From positions 1-28,855 of IMG/VR virus record IMGVR_UViG_3300030095_006070: a DNA stretch of 28,855 nt; one strand, 5' to 3'. Under the pieces are notes generated by a model that made no database searches, was not told the origin of the DNA, and saw only the letters and a list, made by a program, of their open reading frames with translations. Source of the stretch: a virus (taxonomy: Duplodnaviria; Caudoviricetes). Shown in pieces: positions 9,801-18,091 of this stretch (within the stretch, counting starts at the first letter, position 1; each line of letters opens with the position of its first letter). Position numbers and translations under genes: made by a program.

Positions 9801-12800
9801 TCTGGAGCAAAGGCAACATTAACAGTTGATAAAAATATTCCACAAACTTTATATTATACTTTAGATGTTGTAAAAGAAACTGACGTACCAGAAGTCAAAG
9901 AAAAAATATTTATTGATACTGAAGTTATTTCTGGGAGTGAATTAAAATCAAAAGAAAGTATTTACAGTGGAAAGCATGTAATAAATGTAGGAACAACCAC
10001 ATCATTTACATACTCTATTCCAAATTTACCTGAAAAGTCTTCATATGGGACTTCTTCAGATATTTTCTATGAAACTGATTGCACCCACACTTATGGTCCA
10101 ATTGCAAAAGTAGATATTACAAATCCTGGTTCAAATTATTACTCATTACCAGGAATAACCACAGTTACATCAGGTGCTGGTAATGGTGCAATACTTGAAA
10201 CATTTGGTTCTGGTATAGGATCCGTAAAATCAATCTCATTAAATGATATTGGATTTAAATACCCATCCGATAGAACTTTAAATCCAACAGTTCTTTTACC
10301 ACAAGTTATAAAAATTGATTCTCTTGCATCATTTGAATCTATTGGAATAACTTCTTTCGGACGTGGATTCTCAGTTGCTCCAAAGTTAGTAGTTCTTGAT
10401 GGAAAAACTAAAAAAATTGTTTCTGACATTGATTTAAAAGTAACTGTAGGAAAATCTAATGTAGAGATTCTTAAAAATACAAAAGGAATTAATAATGTTA
10501 CTCCAGGTATTATTCCAACTGAAAGTGGAGCTGGGGTTGGTATCAATAGTATTACATATACATCTTCAGGAATAGCAACAGCAACTTTATCTGTAGGATT
10601 TAGTACGGTCAATTCTTTCCCATTCGTTGTTGGAGACAAAGTTTTAATTGAAAATGTAAGTGTTGGTGTTGGATCGACAGGTAAGGGATATAACTCTTCT
10701 GCTTATGATTATCAGTTATTTACGGTAACTGCGACTACTGAGAATCTTGGTGGTATTGGAGATGTATCATTTGATATGTCTGAGTTTATTTCTAGTGGAG
10801 AAATTGTGGGGACTTTTGATTCTACAAACTCTTCAGGAAAAATTCTTGCACAAAAACATTTTCCATCATTTGCAGTACAATTGACTACAAACAATTATTC
10901 TATAGGTGAAACTGCAATTTCCGATTCTGCATCTGGGATTGTAGATGATTGGGATAGTAAAGTTGGTACTCTCAGAATTTCTTCCAATGAAAATTTTGCG
11001 ATTGGAGAAACTATAGAGGGGACAAGTTCTAAGACTATAGGAATTGCATCATCTATCAAATCTTTTGATACTTATGCAAATTTGAATTCAAATTCAAAAT
11101 TCATTAAAGGGTGGCAAAATGATACTGGATTCTTAAACAAAGACACTCAAAAAATTCAAGATAGTTTCTATTACCAGAACTTCTCATACTCCTTAAAATC
11201 AAAAGTGCCATATGATACTTGGCAAGATTCTGTTTCTAGTCTCAATCATACTTTAGGATTTAAAAAGTTCTCTGATTATCAATTAGAAACAAAAAATAAT
11301 AACTCAATGTCTGTTGGACTTACAACAAATACCACAAACATTAATGCAGTTAATCATCTTGATGGATTTGCAAGTTTAAATTGCGTTTATGATTTTGATT
11401 TGGTTACAGAAAATAACTTAATCCAAAATTCCAAATTTATTTCCAATGAGATTGTATTTTCAAATAGAATTCTATCAGATTACTTTGAATCTGTTGGAAA
11501 CAGAGTTTTATCAATTGACAATATAAGTAGTCAGTTTAATAGTAACCCAAGACCAACAGACTTTAGTATTGTTGACACATTCCCAATTTCATCAAATAGA
11601 TTCCAAAAATATATTACTTACATAAGAGATAAGAGATTTGTGGCTCAAAGACAGTTGATGCTTGTCGATCTTCTTCATGATAACTCTAGAGGATATATGA
11701 ATCAATATGCTAGAGTTGAAACTACATATGATCAAGGTTCTTTTGACTTCTCAATTACTGGAACTGATGGAAATTTAGAATTTCATCCAGTTAAATCTTC
11801 AATTAATGATTATGATGTTTCTACATTATCATATAATTTAAATGATGTTGTGCTTGGAACTGGAAGTACAAGTCTTGGTGGAGTTGTTCTAATTGACACG
11901 GATAGTATTGAAATTCCGTCAAATACAACTAAGACAATTGTTTCTATTGGACATACGTATTCAAGTGCAAAAGTTTTAGTTAATGTAAATCCAGATATTT
12001 CAAGAAACGATGAATTTGAGGCTATTGAATTAAATATCATCCATAAAGGATCTGATATTGAATTGCTAGAATATGGAAGATTAGCAACTAGTATTGGAGA
12101 TTATTCTGAAACTGGTCTTGGAACATATCATGCATATATTGATGGAACTAACCTAAAAGTAGATTTTATTCCAACTTCTGTTGGTATTGCAACAACTGGC
12201 GCAATAAACACCGTTGTTGTCGGACTTTCTAGCAATACCTTTACAGGAATTGGAACAATAAATCTCAGAAGATCTCAAATTGAGGGAAGAACGACTAGCA
12301 TATCATCATCAGGATCCCCCGGAATCAATACAATTGCTGATTATCCAAATAATTTTGATGGAGCATATTTTATAGTTCAAGTTACTGATACAACAAACTC
12401 TTCAATTCAATTGTCTGAGATAGTTGTTGTTGATGATTATGTTGATGCAACTCAAAGTCGTGAAACTTATATGACTGAGTATGCGAATATTGAAACTGCA
12501 TCCGGTCTTGGAACCTTTGGGTCTAGAGTTTCTGCAGCAGGAACTGTATCACTTGTATTTACTCCAAATGCCAGTATTAATGCAGTAGTTAATGTATGCA
12601 TGAATGCTTTATCTGTAAATGAAGATGTTAATTTAGCATCTCAAATATCGTTTACAAATGCATCTATTAATGATTCTATTGGAGAATATTTTGGAACTGA
12701 CAATGATATCAAAAGAGAGTTTGAATTGACACATGAAAATGAAAAAATATTTGAAAGATATTTCTTAGGAAATGATACTGATATCATCAATGTAACAACT

Positions 12801-15800
12801 AATACAATTAAGATTCCAAATCATTTCTTTGTAAGTGGAGAAAAAATTAAATACAACCATGTAGGAACGGCTTCTTCTGCTATTGGCATTGCAACAGCAA
12901 GTTTTGTTGGTACTTCCAATACTACATTCCTTCCAGATGAAAATTTATTTGCTGTAAAAGTTGATGATAATTTAATTAAAATTTCAACCAGCGCAGAAAA
13001 TGCACTTAAATCAATACCAGAAGTTGTAGATCTTGAAAGTGTTGGTATTGGAACTTCTCATAGATTTATATCGACAAATCAAAATGCTAAAGTTATAGTT
13101 GCTATTGACAATATTATTCAGTCTCCGGTTGTATCTACATCATTAACTACAGTTCTTGCCAATCAAGTTAGAACTGTTGATAATGTAATAGAACTTAGTG
13201 GAATAACATCTTTCTTCGGATCTGATCTTATTCAAATTGGTAATGAAATTATGAAGATTGAAGGTGTTGGTATTGGAAGTACTAATACCATTAGAGTTCG
13301 TAGACCTTGGTTGGGGACTGTTTTGTCTGGATATGGAACTGGAACTCTTGTAACTAAAATTTCCGGAAATTATAATATTGTTGACAATATGTTAAACTTT
13401 GTGGAAGCACCGTTTGGAAATGTTCCAATTGGTTCTACTACAAATCCACCAGATGAAAGAGATTGGACTGGCATAACAACAAGTTCCAGTTTCCAAGGTA
13501 GAAGTTTTATGAGATCTGGAGTACAAAATACTTCCAATGAATCTTATAATAAGAATTATATTTTTGATAATATATCCAGTCAATTTAATGCTGTTTCAAA
13601 CGAATTTACTTTAGAGCAGAATGATTTAAATGTTTCTGGAATTTCTACTGAAAATGCAGTTATTTTAGTTAATGATGTTTTCCAAACACCTGGATTGAAT
13701 GGTGGATATGTAATTTCTGAATCATCGGGTATTTCTTCAATTGCTTTCCAAGGAACCAATACAGTTCCACTTGGTCCCGATGTAGGTATTTCTAGTTTCC
13801 CTAAAGGTGGAATTATTGTTTCAGTAGGTTCAGATGCAGGTCTCGGATATCAACCACTAATTTCTGCTGGAGGAACTGCTGTAGTTTCTGTAGCAGGGAC
13901 TATTTCTTCAATTAGTATAGGAAATAGTGGATCTGGTTATAGGGTGGGAGTTCAGACTGTTAATGTTGCAATAAGAACTTCTTCCGTGTCTGAATCTAAT
14001 GTTGTTTCGATTGGAACAGCAGTAATTTCAAGCGGAAACATAACTTCAGTTGCTATATCTACAGATAGAGTATTCTATGCCCCAAGAGATATATCAAATG
14101 TCCTATATGACAATTCTAGTGGAGTAACCACAGTAACAACTTCTACTAGTCATGGACTTTCTTATGATGATCAAGTTACACTTTCTGGAATCGCATTTAC
14201 TTGTAATTATAGTGGATCTGGTCCTGTAAATGTATCAAATGCAATTTATAATAATGTAACTGGCATTATGACTGTTACTACATCTGCTCCACATAATTTA
14301 TCAACCACTGGACAGAAGAGTGACGTTATTCTTACTGGATTAGCATTTACTTGTGGATTAGATGGCGGATCTTCAACTCACGTTTATCCAAGAACGACTG
14401 ATCCTGCATATTGTGGATCTAAAGTAACCGCAGTTAATAGTGCAACTGAATTTGTAATTAATGCTGGAGTTTCAACTGTTCCAACATTCTATAGTTCTAG
14501 TGGAGTTTCTCAACCAGCATTAATTGCTCCTAGAAATGTTAATAACTCTGCCAGTGGAACAGATCCTGCTGCAGGAGAAACTAACGTTTTAAGAATTATT
14601 AATAATACTTCTTTTGAGGTAAATACTGGAATTTCAACTAGAGAGCACTTCTATGCAAGATGTGGTAAAGTCAATAAACCACTTGATGTTGTATTTGATG
14701 ATCCTTTAAGTTATTCAAATATTCCTTTACAATATTCTTCCGGTAGCTCTGTTGGTGTTGGAACTAGTGCTGTAGTTGATATTGTTGTTGGTCAGGGATC
14801 AAGTGTTATTGATTTTACAATCAGGAATACTGGATATGGATTTAGAAATGGTGAAATATTAACTGTTCCAATTGGTGGATCTACAGGAATACAAACAACT
14901 TCATCTTTCTCCGAGTTTAAAATTACTATAGATGAAGTTTTTAATGACAAATTTGCGGGTTGGTCTATTGGACAATTGCAAGTTTTGGATAATATCAATA
15001 ATTTTATTGATGGATCTAGAAAAGATTTCCCATTATCTTTAGCAGGAAATTCAATTTCTATCGTTGCAGGAAAGGGGTCTAAAATTAATGTTGAAGATAT
15101 TCTCATCATCTTTGTAAATGATGTACTTCAAGTTCCTGGTGAAGGATATACTTTTAATGGAGGAAGTATTGTAACATTTACTGAAGGATTGAAGATTGGT
15201 GATTCTGTTAGTATTATGTTCTATAAAGGAACTGGTGATACTGATGTGATTTTTAGAAATATAATTGAAACTGTGAAAAAAGGAGATACCCTTCAAATTA
15301 AGCATGATAAATCTATTGGACAATCATTATTGTTGGATGAAGAAGAGAGAGTCGTTGATCAAATTAAATCTACAAATGCAGTCGAAACCAATTCATATTC
15401 TGGACCTGGAAATACTGCAGATGTTACTCTAGAAAGACCCGTTGTTTGGTGTAGACAAACCGAGGATGTTTTTATTGATCAAATTGCTATCGGTAAGAAT
15501 AGAGAACTCTATGAACCAGTTATCAATCCTAGTGCATACATTACAAAATCTGTTGGAGTTGGGTCTACAGCAATATATGTTGATAGTTTGAGACCAACCT
15601 TTGATTCTCAAAATGAGAATGATACTGATTTGGCATTCCAAAAGAAAATTAAATTTATTGCACAAGACTCCAAAGTAAGTGCAGCTGCAACTGCTGTTGT
15701 TACTGGATTGGGGACAATATCCACAATATCTATTTCTAATGGAGGATCTGGATATAGTTCTGCTCCCGTAGTGACTATTGGAAGCACAGTCCAATCAGTT

Positions 15801-16499
15801 GGACTTGGAACAACAGCAACAGCAACATCATCTATTACTGCAGGAGTTGTTACGAGTATAACAATAACCAATGCTGGAACTGGATATACTAATATTAGTG
15901 CTCCCTCCGTTTTAATTGCACCACCATCATATAATACTGAAGAGGTATCTGTAAATACATATTCTGGAGATAATGGTGTAATTGTTGGATTTGGAACAAC
16001 TACTGTTGGAATTGGAACACAACTCATCTTTGATGTTCACATTCCCTACGATTCTTTCCTTAGAGATTCTAATATTGCAGGGACAGCATTAACTATTAGT
16101 TCTATTAGTAAAAATGATTATTTTGTTATTAAAAATTCTAATGTTGGATCTAGTTCAACCTCCATACTATCTTTGGATGCCTCAGATAGTACAGTAGGAC
16201 TAGGAACTGTTTTTGCAGATAATGTATATGAAGTTGACAGTGCAGTTTCAATTTCTACAAGTGTATCTGGAATTTCAACTTATGTGCGTAGAGTGTTTGC
16301 CAAGGTCAATCAATTTAATTATGGATTCTCTGGAATTACAACTTCCGATTTCTTTGGATCATTTAGTTGGGGAAGAATTGACATAGCAGCAAGAAGTAAA
16401 GAAAATTCTTATTCTTCATATGCAGAAGGATCTGGAATTTCAACTGCTACTATGATTGTTAGATCAAACTTTTTAAAATTCAAAAATTATGATCTTTAA
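3816..16499 (+). CDS. gp7: Giant baseplate wedge initiator (gp7-like) with many inserted repeat domains, 4227 aa
   Basis: Lies between gp6 and gp8. gp7-type motifs KDFYLSKGTDTSFEILFKALYNE (~aa 200) and QDSFYYQNFSYSLKS..W...V..LNHTLG (~aa 2450). G/S/T-rich beta repeats elsewhere. Confidence 0.85.
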   Translation: MSETRVQFNTIVSNQLPTYVQEDYPLISQFLKQYYLGQEYQGGPVDLIQNIDKYIKLDETTNLNESVVLNGDIEFDAETINVDVTASPYGTDGFPDSYGLLQIDDEVITYTGKTEFSFTGCIRGFVGITSYKSELNKEEVVFKETESEDHKNQSVIKNLSCLFLKEFLLKTKYQLAPGFEERTLTSGLNQNIFLKQSKDFYLSKGTDTSFEILFKALYNEDVKIIRPSDFLIEPSDAQYRITKDLVVEAIEGNPVNLENATLYQSEYKFGSEIQNAYAPITDVEEISVGYGKTFYKISFDGGYNRDINVDGSLYGAFSVEPSTRVIGDVSSNSTSIDVDSTVGFGSTGELYVNYNDTTTGVVSYTSKSLTQFFGITNVTGNISDASTVGVNTFAYGRSNLDQNEIIKVRVNSVLRSIELPTNTSDLVKNGTINISSLGFSENSKNTNKWFYNLSPVYKVFKLEELDSSNYTYKVTLNVAPNIRLGDSFEFILNDGSKKLTNIIDITSEKSFIVKGQGYLDLNLIYKIQRKLQKAASNIFTDIASYSTDVSNVYKNGSDYLIASSSIPYYNSQPLESSTREVIFSGTFSGDEFEITPGKEHGFYTGDSIYYSAEVINENYIDDSGNSSTREVRGVGLFADGLYFIKRIDGFTIKFAKSRNDILNSNFVSLSEETTVSSSSIKPYEFNEKVLNSQKLLRKISDPINDGSINKTNPGFTGILVNGVEVLNYKSKDVVRYGKIEDIEIIAPGENIDVVNTPDLIIKDSVGTGATGYAAVSGSFEEIRIIDPGFDYETTPTLKIVGGNGSGATGQINMKSITHTADFFADVSSNRVVIGTTSTQSRIGFSTYHKFRNAEQVIYKTSDQSGIAGIVTNSAYFVSTIDNTTVRLHKTQGDAISGINTVFLTSYGIGRHFLESVSKKLVVNSINIVNGGSGYENKKRTASAESGISTISNSIKISNHDYKSGETVKYTHVGTIASGLSTNTEYYVTKVGDNSFNLSQVGSESDKEFYYRTKQYVDITSVGVGTHIFNYPDISVSLVGKVGISSIGLETFESSVQPIVRGQITSVHLENNGVGYGSSEIINLDYQPQITLDSGIDAQLQPVVSNGKIVQVIILNSGSKYFSNPDLNITGGGIGAVLTPVLENGSIKSINVIEPGGGYSQETTTIDVVPTGSTQILPEFKANIKSWRVNLYQKYFSSFSEDDGIISDGNYGLQYSHLYAPRILRETVYSIDLEGKKLYNDFDLKTVDGIEEPSDQHSPILGFAYDGNPIYGPYGYKTKNGGIVSQMKSGYGLDLKDGRPSTSVFPEGFFVEDYTHNEVSDDTILDVNNGRFCVTPDYPKGTYAYFMTINDKSSSTSGVFEKYREPVFPYIIGQNYQSITNEFNFKLDSNQDSYDLENNGWRRNTQPLNLIEEDLEYPYLFIPNKFNQTAKVAAVTPGKILSVGIVTGGSGYRVNEELVFNNNGTQGNHVSAKVSRVKGRPVTNISVASSIVENVEFYPGDERGEYLIFADNPHNFINLDSISISGLSTTSSKIEGSYIAGIQTNRLTVAGVGSTGVAIGTDGVTGIVTYFKVNGNLGYPSIRENDILSIGTEKIKVLNVDALSSRIRVLRAVEGTTGASHTIGKYIYEDSRKIKINSGFKTDYAYSRNKQIYFDPASAVGLGTTAGVGIGTTISFANPGSGATQAFIPTKSIFIKNHNLNTGDQLTYSPGTGGNGIIVQDETNVGVGITLSNGQTLFVAKISNDLIGIATVRVGLGTTGSFVGGANTDSSTLFFRTVGTGDTHSFTTNYNVITGNVQRNLVTVSTATTHGLSSPHNVFVSVNPQNTGIATVKYNDYNSRIVINPIGFATAGVNTSTNTILLPTHGFKTGDKIIHTATTSSEGLENEKMYYVVNVDKNTIKLSNTYFNSIQDKPEIVGITSASDGIINPINPPIDLYKNSTITFDLSDSSLAFSNQGTIYSAFDFNLYSDKNFTKVWNTSKVNNNFELIKDGKVGTSGAKATLTVDKNIPQTLYYTLDVVKETDVPEVKEKIFIDTEVISGSELKSKESIYSGKHVINVGTTTSFTYSIPNLPEKSSYGTSSDIFYETDCTHTYGPIAKVDITNPGSNYYSLPGITTVTSGAGNGAILETFGSGIGSVKSISLNDIGFKYPSDRTLNPTVLLPQVIKIDSLASFESIGITSFGRGFSVAPKLVVLDGKTKKIVSDIDLKVTVGKSNVEILKNTKGINNVTPGIIPTESGAGVGINSITYTSSGIATATLSVGFSTVNSFPFVVGDKVLIENVSVGVGSTGKGYNSSAYDYQLFTVTATTENLGGIGDVSFDMSEFISSGEIVGTFDSTNSSGKILAQKHFPSFAVQLTTNNYSIGETAISDSASGIVDDWDSKVGTLRISSNENFAIGETIEGTSSKTIGIASSIKSFDTYANLNSNSKFIKGWQNDTGFLNKDTQKIQDSFYYQNFSYSLKSKVPYDTWQDSVSSLNHTLGFKKFSDYQLETKNNNSMSVGLTTNTTNINAVNHLDGFASLNCVYDFDLVTENNLIQNSKFISNEIVFSNRILSDYFESVGNRVLSIDNISSQFNSNPRPTDFSIVDTFPISSNRFQKYITYIRDKRFVAQRQLMLVDLLHDNSRGYMNQYARVETTYDQGSFDFSITGTDGNLEFHPVKSSINDYDVSTLSYNLNDVVLGTGSTSLGGVVLIDTDSIEIPSNTTKTIVSIGHTYSSAKVLVNVNPDISRNDEFEAIELNIIHKGSDIELLEYGRLATSIGDYSETGLGTYHAYIDGTNLKVDFIPTSVGIATTGAINTVVVGLSSNTFTGIGTINLRRSQIEGRTTSISSSGSPGINTIADYPNNFDGAYFIVQVTDTTNSSIQLSEIVVVDDYVDATQSRETYMTEYANIETASGLGTFGSRVSAAGTVSLVFTPNASINAVVNVCMNALSVNEDVNLASQISFTNASINDSIGEYFGTDNDIKREFELTHENEKIFERYFLGNDTDIINVTTNTIKIPNHFFVSGEKIKYNHVGTASSAIGIATASFVGTSNTTFLPDENLFAVKVDDNLIKISTSAENALKSIPEVVDLESVGIGTSHRFISTNQNAKVIVAIDNIIQSPVVSTSLTTVLANQVRTVDNVIELSGITSFFGSDLIQIGNEIMKIEGVGIGSTNTIRVRRPWLGTVLSGYGTGTLVTKISGNYNIVDNMLNFVEAPFGNVPIGSTTNPPDERDWTGITTSSSFQGRSFMRSGVQNTSNESYNKNYIFDNISSQFNAVSNEFTLEQNDLNVSGISTENAVILVNDVFQTPGLNGGYVISESSGISSIAFQGTNTVPLGPDVGISSFPKGGIIVSVGSDAGLGYQPLISAGGTAVVSVAGTISSISIGNSGSGYRVGVQTVNVAIRTSSVSESNVVSIGTAVISSGNITSVAISTDRVFYAPRDISNVLYDNSSGVTTVTTSTSHGLSYDDQVTLSGIAFTCNYSGSGPVNVSNAIYNNVTGIMTVTTSAPHNLSTTGQKSDVILTGLAFTCGLDGGSSTHVYPRTTDPAYCGSKVTAVNSATEFVINAGVSTVPTFYSSSGVSQPALIAPRNVNNSASGTDPAAGETNVLRIINNTSFEVNTGISTREHFYARCGKVNKPLDVVFDDPLSYSNIPLQYSSGSSVGVGTSAVVDIVVGQGSSVIDFTIRNTGYGFRNGEILTVPIGGSTGIQTTSSFSEFKITIDEVFNDKFAGWSIGQLQVLDNINNFIDGSRKDFPLSLAGNSISIVAGKGSKINVEDILIIFVNDVLQVPGEGYTFNGGSIVTFTEGLKIGDSVSIMFYKGTGDTDVIFRNIIETVKKGDTLQIKHDKSIGQSLLLDEEERVVDQIKSTNAVETNSYSGPGNTADVTLERPVVWCRQTEDVFIDQIAIGKNRELYEPVINPSAYITKSVGVGSTAIYVDSLRPTFDSQNENDTDLAFQKKIKFIAQDSKVSAAATAVVTGLGTISTISISNGGSGYSSAPVVTIGSTVQSVGLGTTATATSSITAGVVTSITITNAGTGYTNISAPSVLIAPPSYNTEEVSVNTYSGDNGVIVGFGTTTVGIGTQLIFDVHIPYDSFLRDSNIAGTALTISSISKNDYFVIKNSNVGSSSTSILSLDASDSTVGLGTVFADNVYEVDSAVSISTSVSGISTYVRRVFAKVNQFNYGFSGITTSDFFGSFSWGRIDIAARSKENSYSSYAEGSGISTATMIVRSNFLKFKNYDL
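5613..13070 (+). repeat. Six dispersed copies of an H-x-[FYL]-x-[TSN]-[GA]-[DE]-x-[IVL]-x-[YH]...[YF]-[VIA]...D..I.L beta-domain in gp7
   Basis: His codons at 5613 (HGFYTGDSIYY), 6357 (HKFRNAEQVIY), 6690 (HDYKSGETVKY), 8904 (HNLNTGDQLTY), 9405 (HGFKTGDKIIH), 12822 (HFFVSGEKIKY). Four copies close with a G-x-G...H..F motif. Confidence 0.75.
11565..12610 (+). repeat. Three tandem diverged domains (about 110-130 aa period) in gp7
   Basis: Units end in YARVE..DQGSFD..LEFHP, EYGRL..GLGTYH..VDFIP and EYANIE..GLGTFG..LVFTP. Confidence 0.65.
14088..14672 (+). repeat. Duplicated Cys-containing domain in gp7, nested arrangement
   Basis: ISNVLYDNSSGVTTVTTSTSHGL..LSGIAFTC is followed by VSNAIYNNVTGIMTVTTSAPHNL..LTGLAFTC. 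The DNA GCATTTACTTGT is identical at 14193 and 14343. Two PR..DPA..F.[IV]N.G[VI]ST...FY...G second halves follow. Confidence 0.75.
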
Positions 16500-16503
16500 T
16501 CTC

Positions 16504-16512
16504 TAATAAATA
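16504..16512 (+). promoter_or_regulatory. T4-type late promoter (TAATAAATA) for gp8
   Basis: Intergenic, 19 nt before ATG 16532; the same 9-mer precedes gp25. Confidence 0.8.
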
Positions 16513-16531
16513 AAGAAAAAAAGTCCGTCAA

Positions 16532-18085
16532 ATGGCTGCTATTATAACTGATCAGATTAGAATATTAAATGCAAAGAATTTTGTTGCTGGTGTTTCTAAT
16601 GCCAGCAATTCTTATTATTCTTTTATTGGATTGACTAATCCTGCAGATTATCAAGTTGATTGGGATATTGATCCTCCATCACCCAAAGATAATTTTGATC
16701 AGGAAAATGATTACTGGGACACCATGGTGGCCTTGAAAAAAATCAATACCGCTGATGTAAGACAAGTTGTACCCAAACTTGTTTGGTCCTCAGGAACAAG
16801 TTATGACATGTATCGTCATGATTATAGTAGATCTAATACTGCTGTAGTTTCTGGTTCAACATCACTATATCTGGCAAATTACTTTGTTATGAATAGTGAT
16901 TTTAGAGTTTATATTTGTCTTCAAAATGGAATTGATGTAGATAATCCTTCCGGAAGACCATCTCTTGATGAACCAACATTTACGGATTTAGAACCAAGAT
17001 CTGCAGGAACCAGTGGAGATGGTTATATTTGGAAATACCTTTTTAGTATTAAACCAAGCGATGTTGCTAAATTTGAATCTACAGATTATCTACCTGTTCC
17101 ATCAGATTGGGCAACTTCCACTGATAATGCTGCAGTCAGAGATAATGCAGTCGATGGGTCAATTAAAATTGTAACTGTTACTAATAAAGGTGTTGGACTT
17201 GGAACTGCAAACTCCACATATACATCCGTCCCTATTAAAGGTGATGGATCTGGTGCAGAATGTACCATTATTATTGATGGAAACCAACAAGTAAGTGGAG
17301 TTACTGTTTCAAATCAAGGATCTGATTATACATATGGGAATGTTGATTTAGAAGCAGGTGGAGTTCCAACAGGAACAACAAGACCAATTCTTAATGTTAT
17401 AATTTCACCGCAAGGTGGACATGGTGCAGACATATACAGAGAATTGGGAGCATATAATGTTCTCATGTATTCTAGAATTGAAAATGATAATAATAATCCA
17501 GATTTTATAACTGGAAATCAAATTGCCAGAGTTGGTGTTGTAGAAAATCCTGAGCAATTTGGATCTTCAAGTGTCCTCTCTGTAGATAAAGCTAGTGCTC
17601 TTGGAGCATTAAAATTAGTTGGATCTGGATATAGTACTGCAACATTTACTGCAGATTCGTATTTTACTCAAACAATATCCACAGGATCAACAGCTGTTGG
17701 TAGAGTTGTAAGTTATGATCAAAATACTGGAGTTCTTAAGTATTGGCAAGATAGATCTCTTGCTGGATTTAGCACAGTAGGAGTTGCTCAAACTCAACCT
17801 CAATATGGATTTAGTTTAAATGATTTTACATCATCTCCTGGAACTGGTGGAGTATTGACAATTTCTCCATCTGCAGGAGTAAATTTGACTATTGATGAGA
17901 ACTTCTCAGGTATATCTACGGTAATAAATAATCGTACATACTATCTTGGTCAAACTTTCGCGAGTGGTGTTGCCAATCCAGAGGTTAAAAAGCACTCTGG
18001 TAATATAATTTACGTTGACAACAGACCATCTATAACAAGATCGTCAAACCAAAAGGAAGACATAAAAGTTATTTTGCAGTTCTAA
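16532..18085 (+). CDS. gp8: Baseplate wedge subunit gp8
   Basis: MAAIITDQIRILNA, W.SGT.YDMYRHDY, FVMNSDFRVYICLQN, DGYIWKYLF, P.GGHG and the C-terminal SGNIIYVDNR.SITRSSNQKEDIKVILQF match gp8. Confidence 0.93.
   Translation: MAAIITDQIRILNAKNFVAGVSNASNSYYSFIGLTNPADYQVDWDIDPPSPKDNFDQENDYWDTMVALKKINTADVRQVVPKLVWSSGTSYDMYRHDYSRSNTAVVSGSTSLYLANYFVMNSDFRVYICLQNGIDVDNPSGRPSLDEPTFTDLEPRSAGTSGDGYIWKYLFSIKPSDVAKFESTDYLPVPSDWATSTDNAAVRDNAVDGSIKIVTVTNKGVGLGTANSTYTSVPIKGDGSGAECTIIIDGNQQVSGVTVSNQGSDYTYGNVDLEAGGVPTGTTRPILNVIISPQGGHGADIYRELGAYNVLMYSRIENDNNNPDFITGNQIARVGVVENPEQFGSSSVLSVDKASALGALKLVGSGYSTATFTADSYFTQTISTGSTAVGRVVSYDQNTGVLKYWQDRSLAGFSTVGVAQTQPQYGFSLNDFTSSPGTGGVLTISPSAGVNLTIDENFSGISTVINNRTYYLGQTFASGVANPEVKKHSGNIIYVDNRPSITRSSNQKEDIKVILQF
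17922..17930 (+). promoter_or_regulatory. Putative internal late promoter (TAATAAATA) inside gp8, serving the VrlC-like gene
   Basis: Same 9-mer as the two intergenic promoters, about 160 nt upstream of ATG 18092; the gp8-VrlC gap is only 6 nt. Confidence 0.55.
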
Positions 18086-18091
18086 AGAATT

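Noticed and set aside
5669-16027. Minus-strand ORFs inside gp7 (e.g. 10139..10639, 15608..16027)
   Set aside because: Antisense shadows of G/T/V-rich codons (they read as P/I/T/V-rich); no promoter, RBS or family signal.
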